IMG/VR virus record: IMGVR_UViG_3300038463_000730
Span: 1-64,000 of that record
DNA length: 64,000 nt
Reading direction: 5' to 3' (one strand)
Of the stretch, positions 1-9,910 are shown in pieces. The notes below the pieces were generated by a model, which was given only the letters and a program-made list of their open reading frames with translations, made no database searches and was not told the origin of the DNA. The position numbers and the translations under genes were made by a program. Each line of letters starts with the position of its first letter. Within the stretch, counting starts at the first letter, position 1.

Positions 1-252
1 TCATGAGATTCTCGATTCTGGAACGGTCTCACCCTCGAACATGACGTCCGGTCCCATGATCGATTCGGCGATATCTACTGCGTACTGTGGAATCTCCCAA
101 TCTCCCGGCCAACCGCCAACTCCCTCGGGACTGACGAGGTAGAGATCGTACACGCACGACACGGCGAAGTCGAACGCCGAGCCGAACGCACGGTCGTTTC
201 GATTCCGCGCCATCCACCGACGAACCAGCGCCTCGCGCTGGGCTTGGTTCAT
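1..252 (-). CDS. hypothetical protein
   Basis: ORF MNQAQREAL...; stop at 1-3; co-oriented with block. Confidence 0.6.
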   Translation of the reverse strand: MNQAQREALVRRWMARNRNDRAFGSAFDFAVSCVYDLYLVSPEGVGGWPGDWEIPQYAVDIAESIMGPDVMFEGETVPESRIS

Positions 253-317
253 TGCGTTCCGCTTATAATACACGCGCCGGAACCAACGTGCTCTCGGATT
301 GAATACTCGACGTTGGC

Positions 318-545
318 TCACAGCATCCTCCGACCATGGAAGTTGTTCGACATTCTCTTCAATGTCAACTTGGCTTGCTCGACCGGAACATTACCTCCGA
401 CGATAAACGAGCAACACGAACATTGCTCCTCGGGAAACTGCGTCGGAGGATCGGCAGCGGGTAACGCAACCCACTTGTGATCGCAATCGTAGGAGCGACG
501 AAGGAGAACAGTCTCTCGCACAAGGTGTCCAACGGTCGGATACAT
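318..545 (-). CDS. hypothetical protein (CSCC motif)
   Basis: 75 aa ORF tiling the minus-strand block. Confidence 0.55.
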   Translation of the reverse strand: MYPTVGHLVRETVLLRRSYDCDHKWVALPAADPPTQFPEEQCSCCSFIVGGNVPVEQAKLTLKRMSNNFHGRRML

Positions 546-550
546 GATTT

Positions 551-721
551 TTAGTTCTCCCGCATCGCCGCCTCCTCGGCGAGTGTGCGACCTAGTTGTT
601 TTTCGTAGGCTTCGAGTTTGTCCAGCATGATCCGTTCATCGATATGTAACGATGTAGCTTTACGAAGAGCTTGGAGATGCTCGTGCAACTCCCGCAACTC
701 GGCAGGACTTAGCCGGTGCAT
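551..721 (-). CDS. small hypothetical protein (not in ORF track)
   Basis: Hand-translated 56 aa MHRLSPAELRELHEHLQ...; start overlaps the stop of the upstream gene by 1 nt. Confidence 0.6.
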   Translation of the reverse strand: MHRLSPAELRELHEHLQALRKATSLHIDERIMLDKLEAYEKQLGRTLAEEAAMREN

Positions 722-999
722 TATTTCCTCTTGAACTCACCACGTGAGAAGCGTTGCCGGGCTTGCTCGATTGCTCGGGCCTCGACCTTTTTCATCTCTT
801 CGCGCCATGCCGTATCACCAGCTAACGCGCCATCCGCCGCGTAGATTGCGTTGATCTGGTCTTTACGAATCGAACTCATATCGACTGTCTCGTCGATATC
901 TGTTCCACGAACCCGGGCCGTAACGTAACCACGCCCGCTCATCTTGACGTCGAGCTGTTTGGTAAACGAAAGGCGGTTCTTATCGCGGTTCTTACTCAT
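721..999 (-). CDS. hypothetical protein
   Basis: 92 aa ORF, ATGA-type overlap with upstream gene. Confidence 0.65.
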   Translation of the reverse strand: MSKNRDKNRLSFTKQLDVKMSGRGYVTARVRGTDIDETVDMSSIRKDQINAIYAADGALAGDTAWREEMKKVEARAIEQARQRFSRGEFKRK

Positions 1000-1118
1000 G
1001 GATACTGATACTCAGGTTTGCTGATGTCCAAGTCGTATCGCCAAGCAATGTAAAAGCAGACTGCCATGACTAAAAGGGCCAGAACGAACCCGTTAACCGA
1101 TGCCTCTTTCCTAGCCAT
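996..1118 (-). CDS. small membrane protein
   Basis: MARKEASVNGFVLALLVMAVCFYIAW: single hydrophobic segment. Confidence 0.55.
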   Translation of the reverse strand: MARKEASVNGFVLALLVMAVCFYIAWRYDLDISKPEYQYP

Positions 1119-1158
1119 GGCAATCCTCACACGTCTACTACTCTCGTGGCGACTCGAT

Positions 1159-1689
1159 TCAGGCGTTCTTGCTGGCCTTGAACTCCGCCACCGCCTCGTC
1201 GTGACGAGGTAGCATCTCCGGGGCCGCTCCGTCCACCACGAGGATCGAACCGCCATAACTCCACACGGAACGCAGCACCTTCAGGAGCGCCTTCTTCTGC
1301 GCCACCGGAATGTACGTGCAGCCCTCGGCCTTCACGAAGTCGCGCTCGATGTTGGCCTCGGTGGCAAGCTTGAGAAAGCCCCCGGCGAACGGCGCTTCGA
1401 GACGGAGCACCTGGGCTCCGTTGCGCTCCACGGTGTCGAGCGTGAGGATCTTCCGCTCGGCCTTCTTCATCGTCTTCTCGACCGCCGCCTGCTCCTTCTT
1501 CGTGCCTCCCGTCGCCGCGACAGCCACCTTCGTCTCGCCGAGGAGCTGCGCGAGCAACCCCGTCACGATGGCCCGGCTGGCACCGGTACCGGCCGGAGCT
1601 GCCACGGTCGCGGGCGCCTCGACCGGCTTCGCCGCCACCTTCTGCTTCTTGTTGCTCGTCTTCTTCGCGTTCGTCTTCGTCGTGTTCAT
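1159..1689 (-). CDS. hypothetical protein, Lys/Ala-rich N-terminus
   Basis: ORF; start reassigned to MNTTKTNAKK. Confidence 0.65.
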   Translation of the reverse strand: MNTTKTNAKKTSNKKQKVAAKPVEAPATVAAPAGTGASRAIVTGLLAQLLGETKVAVAATGGTKKEQAAVEKTMKKAERKILTLDTVERNGAQVLRLEAPFAGGFLKLATEANIERDFVKAEGCTYIPVAQKKALLKVLRSVWSYGGSILVVDGAAPEMLPRHDEAVAEFKASKNA

Positions 1690-1853
1690 GTTGTCCGCAA
1701 TCCCTTCCATGTTCCTGATCTCGACTGGCTGCCTGATTGCTTCCAGCCGATTTCCTGAGCTGCGCTCCAGCATCTCACCGATCGATGCACTGAGACGCCC
1801 GCTACCTTCGTTCATCATGTTCGTGTGCTTTCTATTTAGGCTCCGGCACCTTC

Positions 1854-2036
1854 TCAATGAAGTAACCGAGGCATTGGTTGTGGGTAATCTCGTGATCCAA
1901 CATCAGTACACATGTATTGCCAGCGCTCACCATACTCGCTGTTGTAACAAGCAACGTCACCGTATTTGGCTTTGAGCTGTTCCCATGCCGCATTCCATTC
2001 TGGACTGTCCCGAACGATGATTGTGAAGTTGGTCAT
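1854..2036 (-). CDS. hypothetical protein
   Basis: 60 aa ORF. Confidence 0.55.
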   Translation of the reverse strand: MTNFTIIVRDSPEWNAAWEQLKAKYGDVACYNSEYGERWQYMCTDVGSRDYPQPMPRLLH

Positions 2037-2050
2037 GTTCTATCACCCAG

Positions 2051-2566
2051 TTAGAGCAGACTAGAACTTAACAATCTCACAATTCCACTATCCTCTTTGG
2101 AGGATGGGTATACGATGACGACGTTCATCAGATGCGATTTCCCGTCTTTAAGAACAGAGAAGAGTGCTTTAGCGTCGGTCTTTTTGATATAACCGTTTAG
2201 CTCTCCTTCTCCGGCACACATTCCATATTTGAATTCGTCTGCGTCACACAAGCGAATTGAGTAGTAGGCAGCTTTGCCCTCACTAAACTCGTAGTTGTAA
2301 TAGTCTGACAACTTACCAACCATTACGAAACTAGATTTCTCGGTTGGCATAGTTGCTTTGTAAACACTTACTGGCGAAGTGTTATACGTTTTGGGTACCG
2401 GATCGGGCTCCGGCACGGGATCCGCTACGGAAACTGCTGCAACGGTGCCATGATCGGCTTTGATGCTCGCTTCCGTCTTAGCATTCCCAATCACGATTCC
2501 AATTAGGATCACAAGTGGAATGATGTAGAACAAGTGCTTCGGATTTACCTTCGTGTCATTCGTCAT
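2051..2566 (-). CDS. membrane-anchored hypothetical protein
   Basis: N-terminal TM segment FYIIPLVILIGIVIG then Pro-rich linker. Confidence 0.7.
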   Translation of the reverse strand: MTNDTKVNPKHLFYIIPLVILIGIVIGNAKTEASIKADHGTVAAVSVADPVPEPDPVPKTYNTSPVSVYKATMPTEKSSFVMVGKLSDYYNYEFSEGKAAYYSIRLCDADEFKYGMCAGEGELNGYIKKTDAKALFSVLKDGKSHLMNVVIVYPSSKEDSGIVRLLSSSLL

Positions 2567-2570
2567 TACA

Positions 2571-3425
2571 TCACCATTGTGTTGTCGGGCCTGTAAATGG
2601 ACCGAGCTTCATCGCTTCGCGTGCCCAAGCGCAGTTGGCGTTGTGATAACCGATCCATGAATCGGTCTCACTATTCGGCAGCATCCGCATGTATTGCATT
2701 TGACGCCGAATCTTCTGAATCTTGCGAGCTTGTGTACCGATGATCTCGGCCATGTGCCCGACCATTCCGATTCTCGAATCGATCCGAAGGATGTTGTTCC
2801 GATCCTGCTCGCATTCCTTCTGAACCTTCCGAACATCATCGTAGGTTCGAGGGTCTTCCAACCGCTGCGACCAACGTGAATACGGAGGATGCGCCCGCTT
2901 CATCATGGCAAGCTCGTGCTCACCTGAACGATACTCGTTCCAGAACTCCGGAAGCCGATCGTAAGAACGATTCAACTCGCGCTCCGCTTCCCACAGCGGA
3001 ACGTGCCAGAACTCCGGCGCCATGTACCACTCGAACTTGCTCTCCGGACTCGGCGAACGACCGGTCTGTTCGATCGCTTCAACCAAGTCGATTCCGATCT
3101 TGATCTCCCGGGCCTCACCGATATGCTTCGGTTTGTATGGTTCGTTACTGATCGATACCCCGCACCACAAACCAGGGAACCAATCGTTCGTTACTTTGGC
3201 AGGCAGCGTCGCAACACAGCTCAAGTAGTGCGGATGAAACGGCGCCTGGGCCAAGCGGACCAGGAAGATACCCGTTTCACTGGTCCGCTCTTCCCACCAC
3301 GCCGCGCACTCGTATGAGTCGTTACGGTAAACGTGCGGTTGATTGACTCGCACGGCACCGATCACTGTTCCGACCACGACACTAGAATAGGATTCGGGAC
3401 GTAGCTCGGTAGGAATGTGGATCAT
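2571..3425 (-). CDS. hypothetical protein
   Basis: 284 aa ORF. Confidence 0.7.
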   Translation of the reverse strand: MIHIPTELRPESYSSVVVGTVIGAVRVNQPHVYRNDSYECAAWWEERTSETGIFLVRLAQAPFHPHYLSCVATLPAKVTNDWFPGLWCGVSISNEPYKPKHIGEAREIKIGIDLVEAIEQTGRSPSPESKFEWYMAPEFWHVPLWEAERELNRSYDRLPEFWNEYRSGEHELAMMKRAHPPYSRWSQRLEDPRTYDDVRKVQKECEQDRNNILRIDSRIGMVGHMAEIIGTQARKIQKIRRQMQYMRMLPNSETDSWIGYHNANCAWAREAMKLGPFTGPTTQW

Positions 3426-3437
3426 GTTGAACTCCGT

Positions 3438-3728
3438 TTATGCCTTCCATTGGCCGTAGCCATTAACGCTTCCGAGTTGATAGAAACCGGTGAACCAAAC
3501 TTGGCCCTGCCGTGGATCATCGTCGCTGCACTTCCAGCAAACGCTAATCTTATCGGCATCGGGAAACTCATCTACACTAGCGTGTGCTGCCTTGATCGCA
3601 TCCTCTTGCGTCGTGAAGGAACGCTCGTTGTTTCCGTCGATGTAGACCAGCCATTCGCCGGGGTATTCCACACACGGCTTCGTGCGATGCACCGTTCCGA
3701 GGTCAGCGTAGCGGGGAAGCGTGGTCAT
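3438..3728 (-). CDS. hypothetical protein
   Basis: 96 aa ORF. Confidence 0.65.
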   Translation of the reverse strand: MTTLPRYADLGTVHRTKPCVEYPGEWLVYIDGNNERSFTTQEDAIKAAHASVDEFPDADKISVCWKCSDDDPRQGQVWFTGFYQLGSVNGYGQWKA

Positions 3729-3730
3729 GT

Positions 3731-3785
3731 TCCGTCTTCCCGGACTCCGTCTTCCCGGACTCCGTCTTCCCGGACTCCGTCTTCC
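3731..3785. repeat. 15-nt tandem repeat (TCCGTCTTCCCGGAC)x3 plus partial
   Basis: Read directly; may encode (KTESG)x3 in a 55-aa minus-strand ORF at 3703-3870. Confidence 0.9.
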
Positions 3786-3866
3786 ACATCAATCGGTCCC
3801 CAGATCTGGTATTCGCAACCGATGCTTCCGGTATATTGAATGTCCAGTTCTTTGCATGCCGTGGGT

Positions 3867-4103
3867 TCATCGACATTGTTGGTCCAAGTATGCAACAACA
3901 TTGTTATTTACCGCATTGAGTGGAAGACCGTTCTTCATCAGCTCTTCCAATACATCGAGCTTCGCTTGTTGCGGTTTGCCTCGACCGTTCTCCCAGCGAT
4001 TGATCGTGACATAGTCAACGCCAATCAAGCTAGCGAGCGCCTTCTGTGTTATCGCATTCTTGCGTCGGAACTCGCGTAGCTTCCGAGGAAAGGCCTGATC
4101 CAT
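3867..4103 (-). CDS. XRE-family helix-turn-helix transcriptional regulator
   Basis: LREFRRKNAITQKALASLIGVDYVTINRWENGRGKP matches the HTH_3 pattern. Confidence 0.85.
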   Translation of the reverse strand: MDQAFPRKLREFRRKNAITQKALASLIGVDYVTINRWENGRGKPQQAKLDVLEELMKNGLPLNAVNNNVVAYLDQQCR

Positions 4104-4435
4104 TACCGCACCGTATACATCCGGACTCGGCCAGTATCGGAGTCTTCCCAAACGAGACCAAGTTCGAGAAGTTTCGCCACCGTGACTTCCATGATGTCGA
4201 GTGCCATCAAGGGTGGAACCGAATCACTCATCTCCGAAGCATAGGCAATCGGGCGAGCGATCCTGACCATCGTATGGATTCCGGGACGAACCAATGCGAT
4301 TTTCTCACCGATAGATGTAGTATTGGATGTGTCGATGATCGTTCCCATACTGTACGGGCCATCATCGAGCACTCCGAACATCCGAACCGGAACGCCGCGT
4401 TTGATCTCCTCAGCCTTGATTGCTCGCCACATCAC
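4103..4435 (-). CDS. hypothetical protein
   Basis: 110 aa ORF; TAATG coupling to downstream gene. Confidence 0.6.
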   Translation of the reverse strand: MMWRAIKAEEIKRGVPVRMFGVLDDGPYSMGTIIDTSNTTSIGEKIALVRPGIHTMVRIARPIAYASEMSDSVPPLMALDIMEVTVAKLLELGLVWEDSDTGRVRMYTVR

Positions 4436-5112
4436 GTATTCCTTTCGACCAGCTCCAACGCTTCTCCACCTGGAGCGTTATGGTTACGTGAAGGTTCAGA
4501 AACAACCTTCCGACTCACAAGTTCGGCATGTTCTCCGACCTTGATTACGAAACTGAATTCACCTCTGGTATCGTACTCGGCTTTCGGCACGAGAAAGATT
4601 CGTTCAGATGAGCGTTCGTAGTGACCACGTTCGTCACGTCCACCTTTGACCGCCGTACATTCCACCATTCCGGGGTGCATGGATGAGGTACTGGCGGCAA
4701 TGACGAGCATATCATTCAGGTGCTCGGAACGAAACTTGGCTTCGCGTTTCTTGAACGACTCGGCCAGCGGAATCTCGTAGTCCGGCTCCGGGTTTCGGCC
4801 GGTCCCGTCCTCACCTAGCATCCGCCGCCATGCTTCGTACAGATTCGGGTACCAAGTCTTGGCCGAACGATGCGCACGCTCGATTGCCTTGGCATCGAAG
4901 TGCTGTTGGAACACCAAGACAACCTTGGCATACTCACAGTCTTCTTCGTAATGTCGGTCTTCGTTATGGAAGCACGGAGCCTTGTTGAAAAGCTCACGAT
5001 TGCGACAAACCGACAAAACAAAACCGCCATGACTGGCCGTTGAGTATGACATGATACCACGCGCAATCTTTGTAGACTGTTGTGCTGGTCCCCATTTTGT
5101 TCTGGTTGACAT
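4432..5112 (-). CDS. DUF7007-like protein
   Basis: WGPAQ...GIMSYSTASHGGFVLS...YEEDCEYA resembles this family from memory. Confidence 0.6.
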   Translation of the reverse strand: MSTRTKWGPAQQSTKIARGIMSYSTASHGGFVLSVCRNRELFNKAPCFHNEDRHYEEDCEYAKVVLVFQQHFDAKAIERAHRSAKTWYPNLYEAWRRMLGEDGTGRNPEPDYEIPLAESFKKREAKFRSEHLNDMLVIAASTSSMHPGMVECTAVKGGRDERGHYERSSERIFLVPKAEYDTRGEFSFVIKVGEHAELVSRKVVSEPSRNHNAPGGEALELVERNT

Positions 5113-5148
5113 CGCAGTTTCCTTTCCACTGATATATAGTACCAGTAT

Positions 5149-5979
5149 GTGCCAAGAAGTAACAAAGCTGTAGTTAAAAAGAGCCTCGCCGGAAAACGTT
5201 TTGGAAAGCTAACCGTTGTCGCACCGATATTTCTAACCAAACGTAACCATTACGGATGGGAATGCAAGTGCGATTGCGGCGCTACCGTCTTGGCGTCAGC
5301 CTACGAACTGCGCTGCGGTAGCACAATCAGTTGCGGTTGCGCAAGACGAAAGCCAAAACCACCTCGAAAACCGCGAGTACTCAAAACCGATCCACCAATC
5401 AAACAACCAGATTCCTTTTGGGAAAAAGTTGATAAGACGGATGGATGTTGGCTTTGGGTCGCCGGAAAAGATTCGGGAGGATACGGTATATACCGTAAAC
5501 GTCCAGCTCATCGAGTTTCTTACGTTTTAGCGTATGGCAGCATCCCAGATGGACATATCATCTGTCACACGTGCGATCATCGTGGTTGCGTTAGACCGGA
5601 GCATCTATATGCCGGGACCGATGCTGACAATGCGCGCGACCGAAACATGTGTGGTAAGGGTGCGAGAAACTTCAGCGGTCCAGTAAAGAAAACTACACCG
5701 CTAGAGAAGTTTTGGGCGCGAGTAAATAAGAACCCTGATGGTTGCTGGGAATGGACAGCATCACTAAGTTCCAACGGTTACGGTCGTTTTAGTCCGACCT
5801 CTTGCTACCGTGATCGTGTTTTAGCTCACCGCTTCAGTTACGCACAATTCGTCGGAGCAATTCCAGACGGAATGATAATCTGCCATCACTGTGACAACAG
5901 AAAGTGCGTGCGACCAGATCACTTATTCGTTGGAACGAACGCTGACAATGCAAAAGATCGTATACTCAAAGGGCGATGA
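5149..5979 (+). CDS. HNH homing endonuclease with two HNH domains
   Basis: N-terminal GKRFGKLTV; two copies of FW.KV.K...CW.W...AHR.SY...ICH.CD...CVRP.HL..GT.ADNA.D; antisense to flanking genes. Confidence 0.9.
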   Translation: MPRSNKAVVKKSLAGKRFGKLTVVAPIFLTKRNHYGWECKCDCGATVLASAYELRCGSTISCGCARRKPKPPRKPRVLKTDPPIKQPDSFWEKVDKTDGCWLWVAGKDSGGYGIYRKRPAHRVSYVLAYGSIPDGHIICHTCDHRGCVRPEHLYAGTDADNARDRNMCGKGARNFSGPVKKTTPLEKFWARVNKNPDGCWEWTASLSSNGYGRFSPTSCYRDRVLAHRFSYAQFVGAIPDGMIICHHCDNRKCVRPDHLFVGTNADNAKDRILKGR

Positions 5980-6495
5980 TCAATTTCCCTTCAGCAAGTT
6001 GTGTTGACGAATGAACTTGCACGCAATCATGGCGCTGGTCCGGGCTTCTTCCGTTCCAGTATTGTGATGAAGCGCACGGTCCAGCAGGCTATTAACCTTA
6101 CCCATGGCTGCCGCATCGAATCGATGTGCGGCCGGAGAAGGACAGGCAGGTTGTGACGGGGCCTTCGGGGGCTTGGGCGTAGACTTGGGCTCGGCCTCGG
6201 GCTCGGCCTCGGGCTCGGCCTCGGGCTCGACCTCATGTTCGGGCTTTGCTTTCGGCTTTGGAGCACCGGGAGGGGTTTGGTTTCTTGCATGTGCCTTGGC
6301 TCGTTCACCGGGCGGACGACCACGCAACCGAACAAAGAGTTTCGGGTTACGTTCGGCATATCGATCGACTTCGTCGATTGACGGAAGCTGACGCCCCCAC
6401 CATTCTTTACGAATACGATTGACAGCTCGTTCGTCGGAACGGAAACCAAGTCGTTGCAGACACCACTTAAGGCGAACATTGAGTCCTGACGCCAT
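5980..6495 (-). CDS. protein with EAEP linker and C-terminal DUF2786-like helix pair
   Basis: KVNSLLDRALHHNTGTEEARTSAMIACKFIRQHNL; 12-nt repeat x4 at 6187-6234. Confidence 0.6.
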   Translation of the reverse strand: MASGLNVRLKWCLQRLGFRSDERAVNRIRKEWWGRQLPSIDEVDRYAERNPKLFVRLRGRPPGERAKAHARNQTPPGAPKPKAKPEHEVEPEAEPEAEPEAEPKSTPKPPKAPSQPACPSPAAHRFDAAAMGKVNSLLDRALHHNTGTEEARTSAMIACKFIRQHNLLKGN

Positions 6496-6524
6496 AGTTC
6501 ACCTCCCATCTCGGCATCCCATGT

Positions 6525-6770
6525 TCAGCTCGGCCCAGCGCTATCTACGGCTCGCATGGCGTAGACAATTACATATGCGAGATACTTCGCATCGTTCTCT
6601 TGTCCGAGCTTGCGATTGATCTCGGTGATGTTCGGTTCAATAACCTCTTTGGCAATCAGCTCGGCCCACTTGGCTTCGCCTGATTCCCAGTTCTGAACAA
6701 CGATGCGCTTGCACTGGGCAATCATATCGTCGGTCATGAAGTCGCCAATCGCTACTGTCTTGTTTGACAT
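6525..6770 (-). CDS. hypothetical protein
   Basis: 81 aa ORF. Confidence 0.65.
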   Translation of the reverse strand: MSNKTVAIGDFMTDDMIAQCKRIVVQNWESGEAKWAELIAKEVIEPNITEINRKLGQENDAKYLAYVIVYAMRAVDSAGPS

Positions 6771-6773
6771 GGT

Positions 6774-7163
6774 TTACTCCGGCAGCTTCTTGAAGCCAAC
6801 GCTATCGACCAGCCACAACACACCGGAGGCTCCGCCCATGATCTCGACAATGTCTCCCATACTCATGCTGGTATGAGTATCGAGCCTACGGATCATCATG
6901 TTGGCCTGGCCTTGCGGGCTCCACATCTCGCCTTGCATGGCGTGAAAAACGTCCTCGGGATGGTCCAGGTTGATCGTGCCGATCAAAACGTAGTTCTGAG
7001 TGAGCGTCGAACGGGTCGGAAGCAAGTTACGCTTGACCAACCAATCATGGCCCATCATGGCATCGGCAGCGAACGATCCTTTCCAGTAGTAGACCTTGGT
7101 TGTCCCGGCTCCGTAGACCGGGTTGCCTGTTACGATGGCGGCATCGGCGAGTGTCGTGTACAT
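6774..7163 (-). CDS. YodL-like domain protein
   Basis: EDVFHAMQ...HTSMSMGDIVEI...WLVDSVGF resembles the YodL HSLSVSDIV motif; GGAG RBS. Confidence 0.55.
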   Translation of the reverse strand: MYTTLADAAIVTGNPVYGAGTTKVYYWKGSFAADAMMGHDWLVKRNLLPTRSTLTQNYVLIGTINLDHPEDVFHAMQGEMWSPQGQANMMIRRLDTHTSMSMGDIVEIMGGASGVLWLVDSVGFKKLPE

Positions 7164-7330
7164 GATTATCTCCTTCGCTTAGGCTTCCAGCCAGGCCGGA
7201 GGCCGCTGAAAGATGCCACCTAGCCACGGGCTCGGTTCCCGGCTAACCACTACACCACGGTGCCGTTAGCTGAGCATTCGTGGTAGTGTATTTACCGTTT
7301 TAGGCTAGGTGACATCTTGCAACGAACGTT

Positions 7331-7792
7331 CTATTCCGGGTTCAATGCGTGAACCTTCCAGAACTCCGTGCAGCGGGCCAACTCTGAGCCGCCAGCCTTG
7401 ATCACATCCGGGTCGCCCGGCTCACGAGGGCTCGCAATCAATCCCCCGTATGCCGTGTAGAGAATGATTCCGCCTGGCCCGTCGGGTCCGGTAGGGCCAC
7501 TTTGTGGCCCCGCGATAACTACCATCTTCCGGACCATACGCGGGGCACGCCGAACCATTCTCGACACCCACGTCCGGGTGCCACGTCGCTCGTAGTAGAC
7601 CTCCGACTCCAGCACGGGCTCATCTCCCATTGTCGGACCATGCAACGCACTCGGAAGACTCGCCAAGTTCTCCGGGATGTCGATGACTTCCGCAAAGAAG
7701 CTGGTTCGTTCTCGGAAGGTTGACCGGATCAACTCCAAGTGACCGAGCGTCAGATTGTGATCGGTGTGACTCTCGCTAGTAATACGAAACAT
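7331..7792 (-). CDS. hypothetical protein
   Basis: 153 aa ORF with GGAG RBS. Confidence 0.7.
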   Translation of the reverse strand: MFRITSESHTDHNLTLGHLELIRSTFRERTSFFAEVIDIPENLASLPSALHGPTMGDEPVLESEVYYERRGTRTWVSRMVRRAPRMVRKMVVIAGPQSGPTGPDGPGGIILYTAYGGLIASPREPGDPDVIKAGGSELARCTEFWKVHALNPE

Positions 7793-7827
7793 TGTCTCGG
7801 CCCTCCGGGCTCCCCGCCCTTCAATGT

Positions 7828-8160
7828 CTATTCGTCTTCGCCGGTTGTCTCGAACCCGTCGTCACCGGCTGGATCATTACCAGCGGGACCGTCTTCTTCC
7901 TCCTCTTCCTCGTCTCGGTCCACCTCCCCATCCGACAGGACATCGAGCGGCTCGAACCCAACCAGCTTCCGCAGCTTGTTGTTCGATTCGACCGATACCG
8001 TGCCGCAATTCTGGCAACCTTCGGTCTCGAAGTCGTTGGCAACATCCGAGAGGATCGTTGGCAACTCGGTTGCCATGATGTTGGCGAGCGTGTTCCTGAG
8101 TAACTCGGGGTCCGTGATGGTCCGGGCTAGCGCGTCCTCAATCATGTCCTGAAGTTTCAT
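7828..8160 (-). CDS. hypothetical protein (CxxC, acidic tail)
   Basis: 110 aa ORF. Confidence 0.65.
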   Translation of the reverse strand: MKLQDMIEDALARTITDPELLRNTLANIMATELPTILSDVANDFETEGCQNCGTVSVESNNKLRKLVGFEPLDVLSDGEVDRDEEEEEEDGPAGNDPAGDDGFETTGEDE

Positions 8161-8399
8161 CCGGTCTCCTCGTTGCCATCTTGGAATTCACCAGTGAACG
8201 CACCGACGAGCATGAGGTTGGATTGAACCCGATCACTCATGTCATCCACGTCAGCCCAGAAGACGTTCTCACCCTTTGCCGGATCCATCTTGGCATACTC
8301 GGCCTTGGCAACTTCGTTGCGCTCCTTGAACGTATCGTACGGCCCGAGACTCTCCATCTCGCAACCGTTCACCAGACATAGAACGAAGTACTTTGCCAT
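8157..8399 (-). CDS. hypothetical protein
   Basis: 80 aa ORF; GGAGG RBS. Confidence 0.7.
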   Translation of the reverse strand: MAKYFVLCLVNGCEMESLGPYDTFKERNEVAKAEYAKMDPAKGENVFWADVDDMSDRVQSNLMLVGAFTGEFQDGNEETG

Positions 8400-8411
8400 G
8401 ATGTCCTCCTG

Positions 8412-8591
8412 TTAAAGACTGTTCCTCTTCCGGTGCTCGATCCATTCGATCGCTTCCTTGGCAACATCGTCGATCTGTTTCAGGTAAGCCTGCGCCGAGG
8501 TAACCTTCTGCCCTTCCTGAGCCAACTTCCGAATCTTCTCCAACGCTACCGTCAACCGTTCGACTTCCTTGATCTTGGCCGTGCTCACCAT
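8412..8591 (-). CDS. small helical protein (not in ORF track)
   Basis: Hand-translated 59 aa MVSTAKIKEVERLTVALEKIRK...; GGAGG RBS. Confidence 0.65.
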   Translation of the reverse strand: MVSTAKIKEVERLTVALEKIRKLAQEGQKVTSAQAYLKQIDDVAKEAIEWIEHRKRNSL

Positions 8592-8691
8592 TACCTCCGA
8601 CCTCCGGTTACCGGTCTGCCATGTCTTCCTGGCGCTTCTCTTCGTTCATTCGGGATATGGCATTCCCATATGCATATTCAGTCATCTTAGC

Positions 8692-9183
8692 ATGACCGAA
8701 GATGAAAGAAAAGAACGCCAACGGATCAGTAATCTCCGCTACAACAAGGAAAACAAAGCCAAACGTGCAGAACATCAGCGCAAGATTGCACCACAATTAC
8801 GGGCTTATCGCAAGGCTTGGCGTGCAAAGAACCGCGACAGATGCCACGCTGCGGAACAGAAACGAGCCACGAAGTTTGAGCGCAGACTCAACCACTCCAT
8901 TGGTGCGGCAAAAGTGCGTAACCTGGAATTTACTTTGAGCGAGGAGGAGTGCCGGAATCTTATCGAGATGCCCTGTTACTATTGTAATAATGAGCTTGGC
9001 GAGAAGACGATGACGAGTCTAGGGCTTGATAGGTTGGACCCAAAACTTGGCTATGTATCTGGAAACTGCGTTTCATGCTGTAAGATATGCAACTTCCTCA
9101 AGTCCGATCGGTTCACCCCCGAAGAGACAAAGGCTGCCGTTGATGCCATTTTGGCTCATCGTCGTTCTTGCATTGCCTCGTAA
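8692..9183 (+). CDS. HNH/His-Me finger endonuclease
   Basis: LEFTLS...PCYYC...GLDRLDPKLGYVSGNCVSCCKICNFLKS; antisense to block. Confidence 0.8.
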   Translation: MTEDERKERQRISNLRYNKENKAKRAEHQRKIAPQLRAYRKAWRAKNRDRCHAAEQKRATKFERRLNHSIGAAKVRNLEFTLSEEECRNLIEMPCYYCNNELGEKTMTSLGLDRLDPKLGYVSGNCVSCCKICNFLKSDRFTPEETKAAVDAILAHRRSCIAS

Positions 9184-9497
9184 CGAGCTTCCTCATTACT
9201 TTGGCACGTATCCCAGAACTCTTCGATCAACGCGGCATGAAGCAGCTTGTCATCTTTCAGCCGAAGCATGGCAGCCGGGTCCAGTACCCAATCTTGGACC
9301 GACTCGCTATACGTCTCGATCAACGTGATCTCGATCGATTCAGATCCGGCCTTCGGTACCGGAATCCCCTCATCGTCGAGCCGTTCCGGGATCGTAATGA
9401 CGCCGCAGATGTAGTAGTCCACGCCACCGAACTCGAACTCTTCGGCCTCGAAGTCACACTCGTCTCGGCTGGCACGGCTAGTCAGGTGCATGGTCAC
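9156..9497 (-). CDS. hypothetical acidic protein
   Basis: 113 aa ORF. Confidence 0.65.
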   Translation of the reverse strand: MTMHLTSRASRDECDFEAEEFEFGGVDYYICGVITIPERLDDEGIPVPKAGSESIEITLIETYSESVQDWVLDPAAMLRLKDDKLLHAALIEEFWDTCQSNEEARYEAMQERR

Positions 9498-9910
9498 GGC
9501 TCCTGTTCTACCTTGATCGTTTTGAGTGACTTGACGAACCGATTGTACGCGGCGATCGTCTGGGCATCAGTCAGTTCCAACGAAGATGAACCCTCGCGCA
9601 AACCAAGGTTGCCCCGCAGCCTACACAATGTTTCGTGCATCGCCTGTACGTGACTGTAAATATGCTGGACAGCCGTTGCTTCGGCCATGTTCTGCTCGGG
9701 ATATGTCGCGACGGTCACCTCGTCATCGGCATTCGTCTCGATCACTTTGAACCACCGACGCCTCGGAGCATTACCGTCAGGCCCCGTTCCATGACGCCAG
9801 CGCTGAAGGTTGGGGCAACGACAACCGCCAAGTTGAGGTTCGGTATATGGGTGAGCGATACCTTCGCAGTCACCGCATCGAACTATGTCAGGGTGATCAT
9901 TAGTAGTCAC
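9494..9910 (-). CDS. hypothetical protein with CxxC...CxC
   Basis: ORF; probable GTG start at MTTNDHP. Confidence 0.6.
   Translation of the reverse strand: MTTNDHPDIVRCGDCEGIAHPYTEPQLGGCRCPNLQRWRHGTGPDGNAPRRRWFKVIETNADDEVTVATYPEQNMAEATAVQHIYSHVQAMHETLCRLRGNLGLREGSSSLELTDAQTIAAYNRFVKSLKTIKVEQEP

Noticed and set aside
1310-1975. Long plus-strand ORF (and similar: 9168-9653, 13482-14030, 16539-17087, 18846-19313, 21235-21723)
   Set aside because: Antisense shadows of well-supported minus-strand genes in GC-rich sequence; no RBS or motifs.
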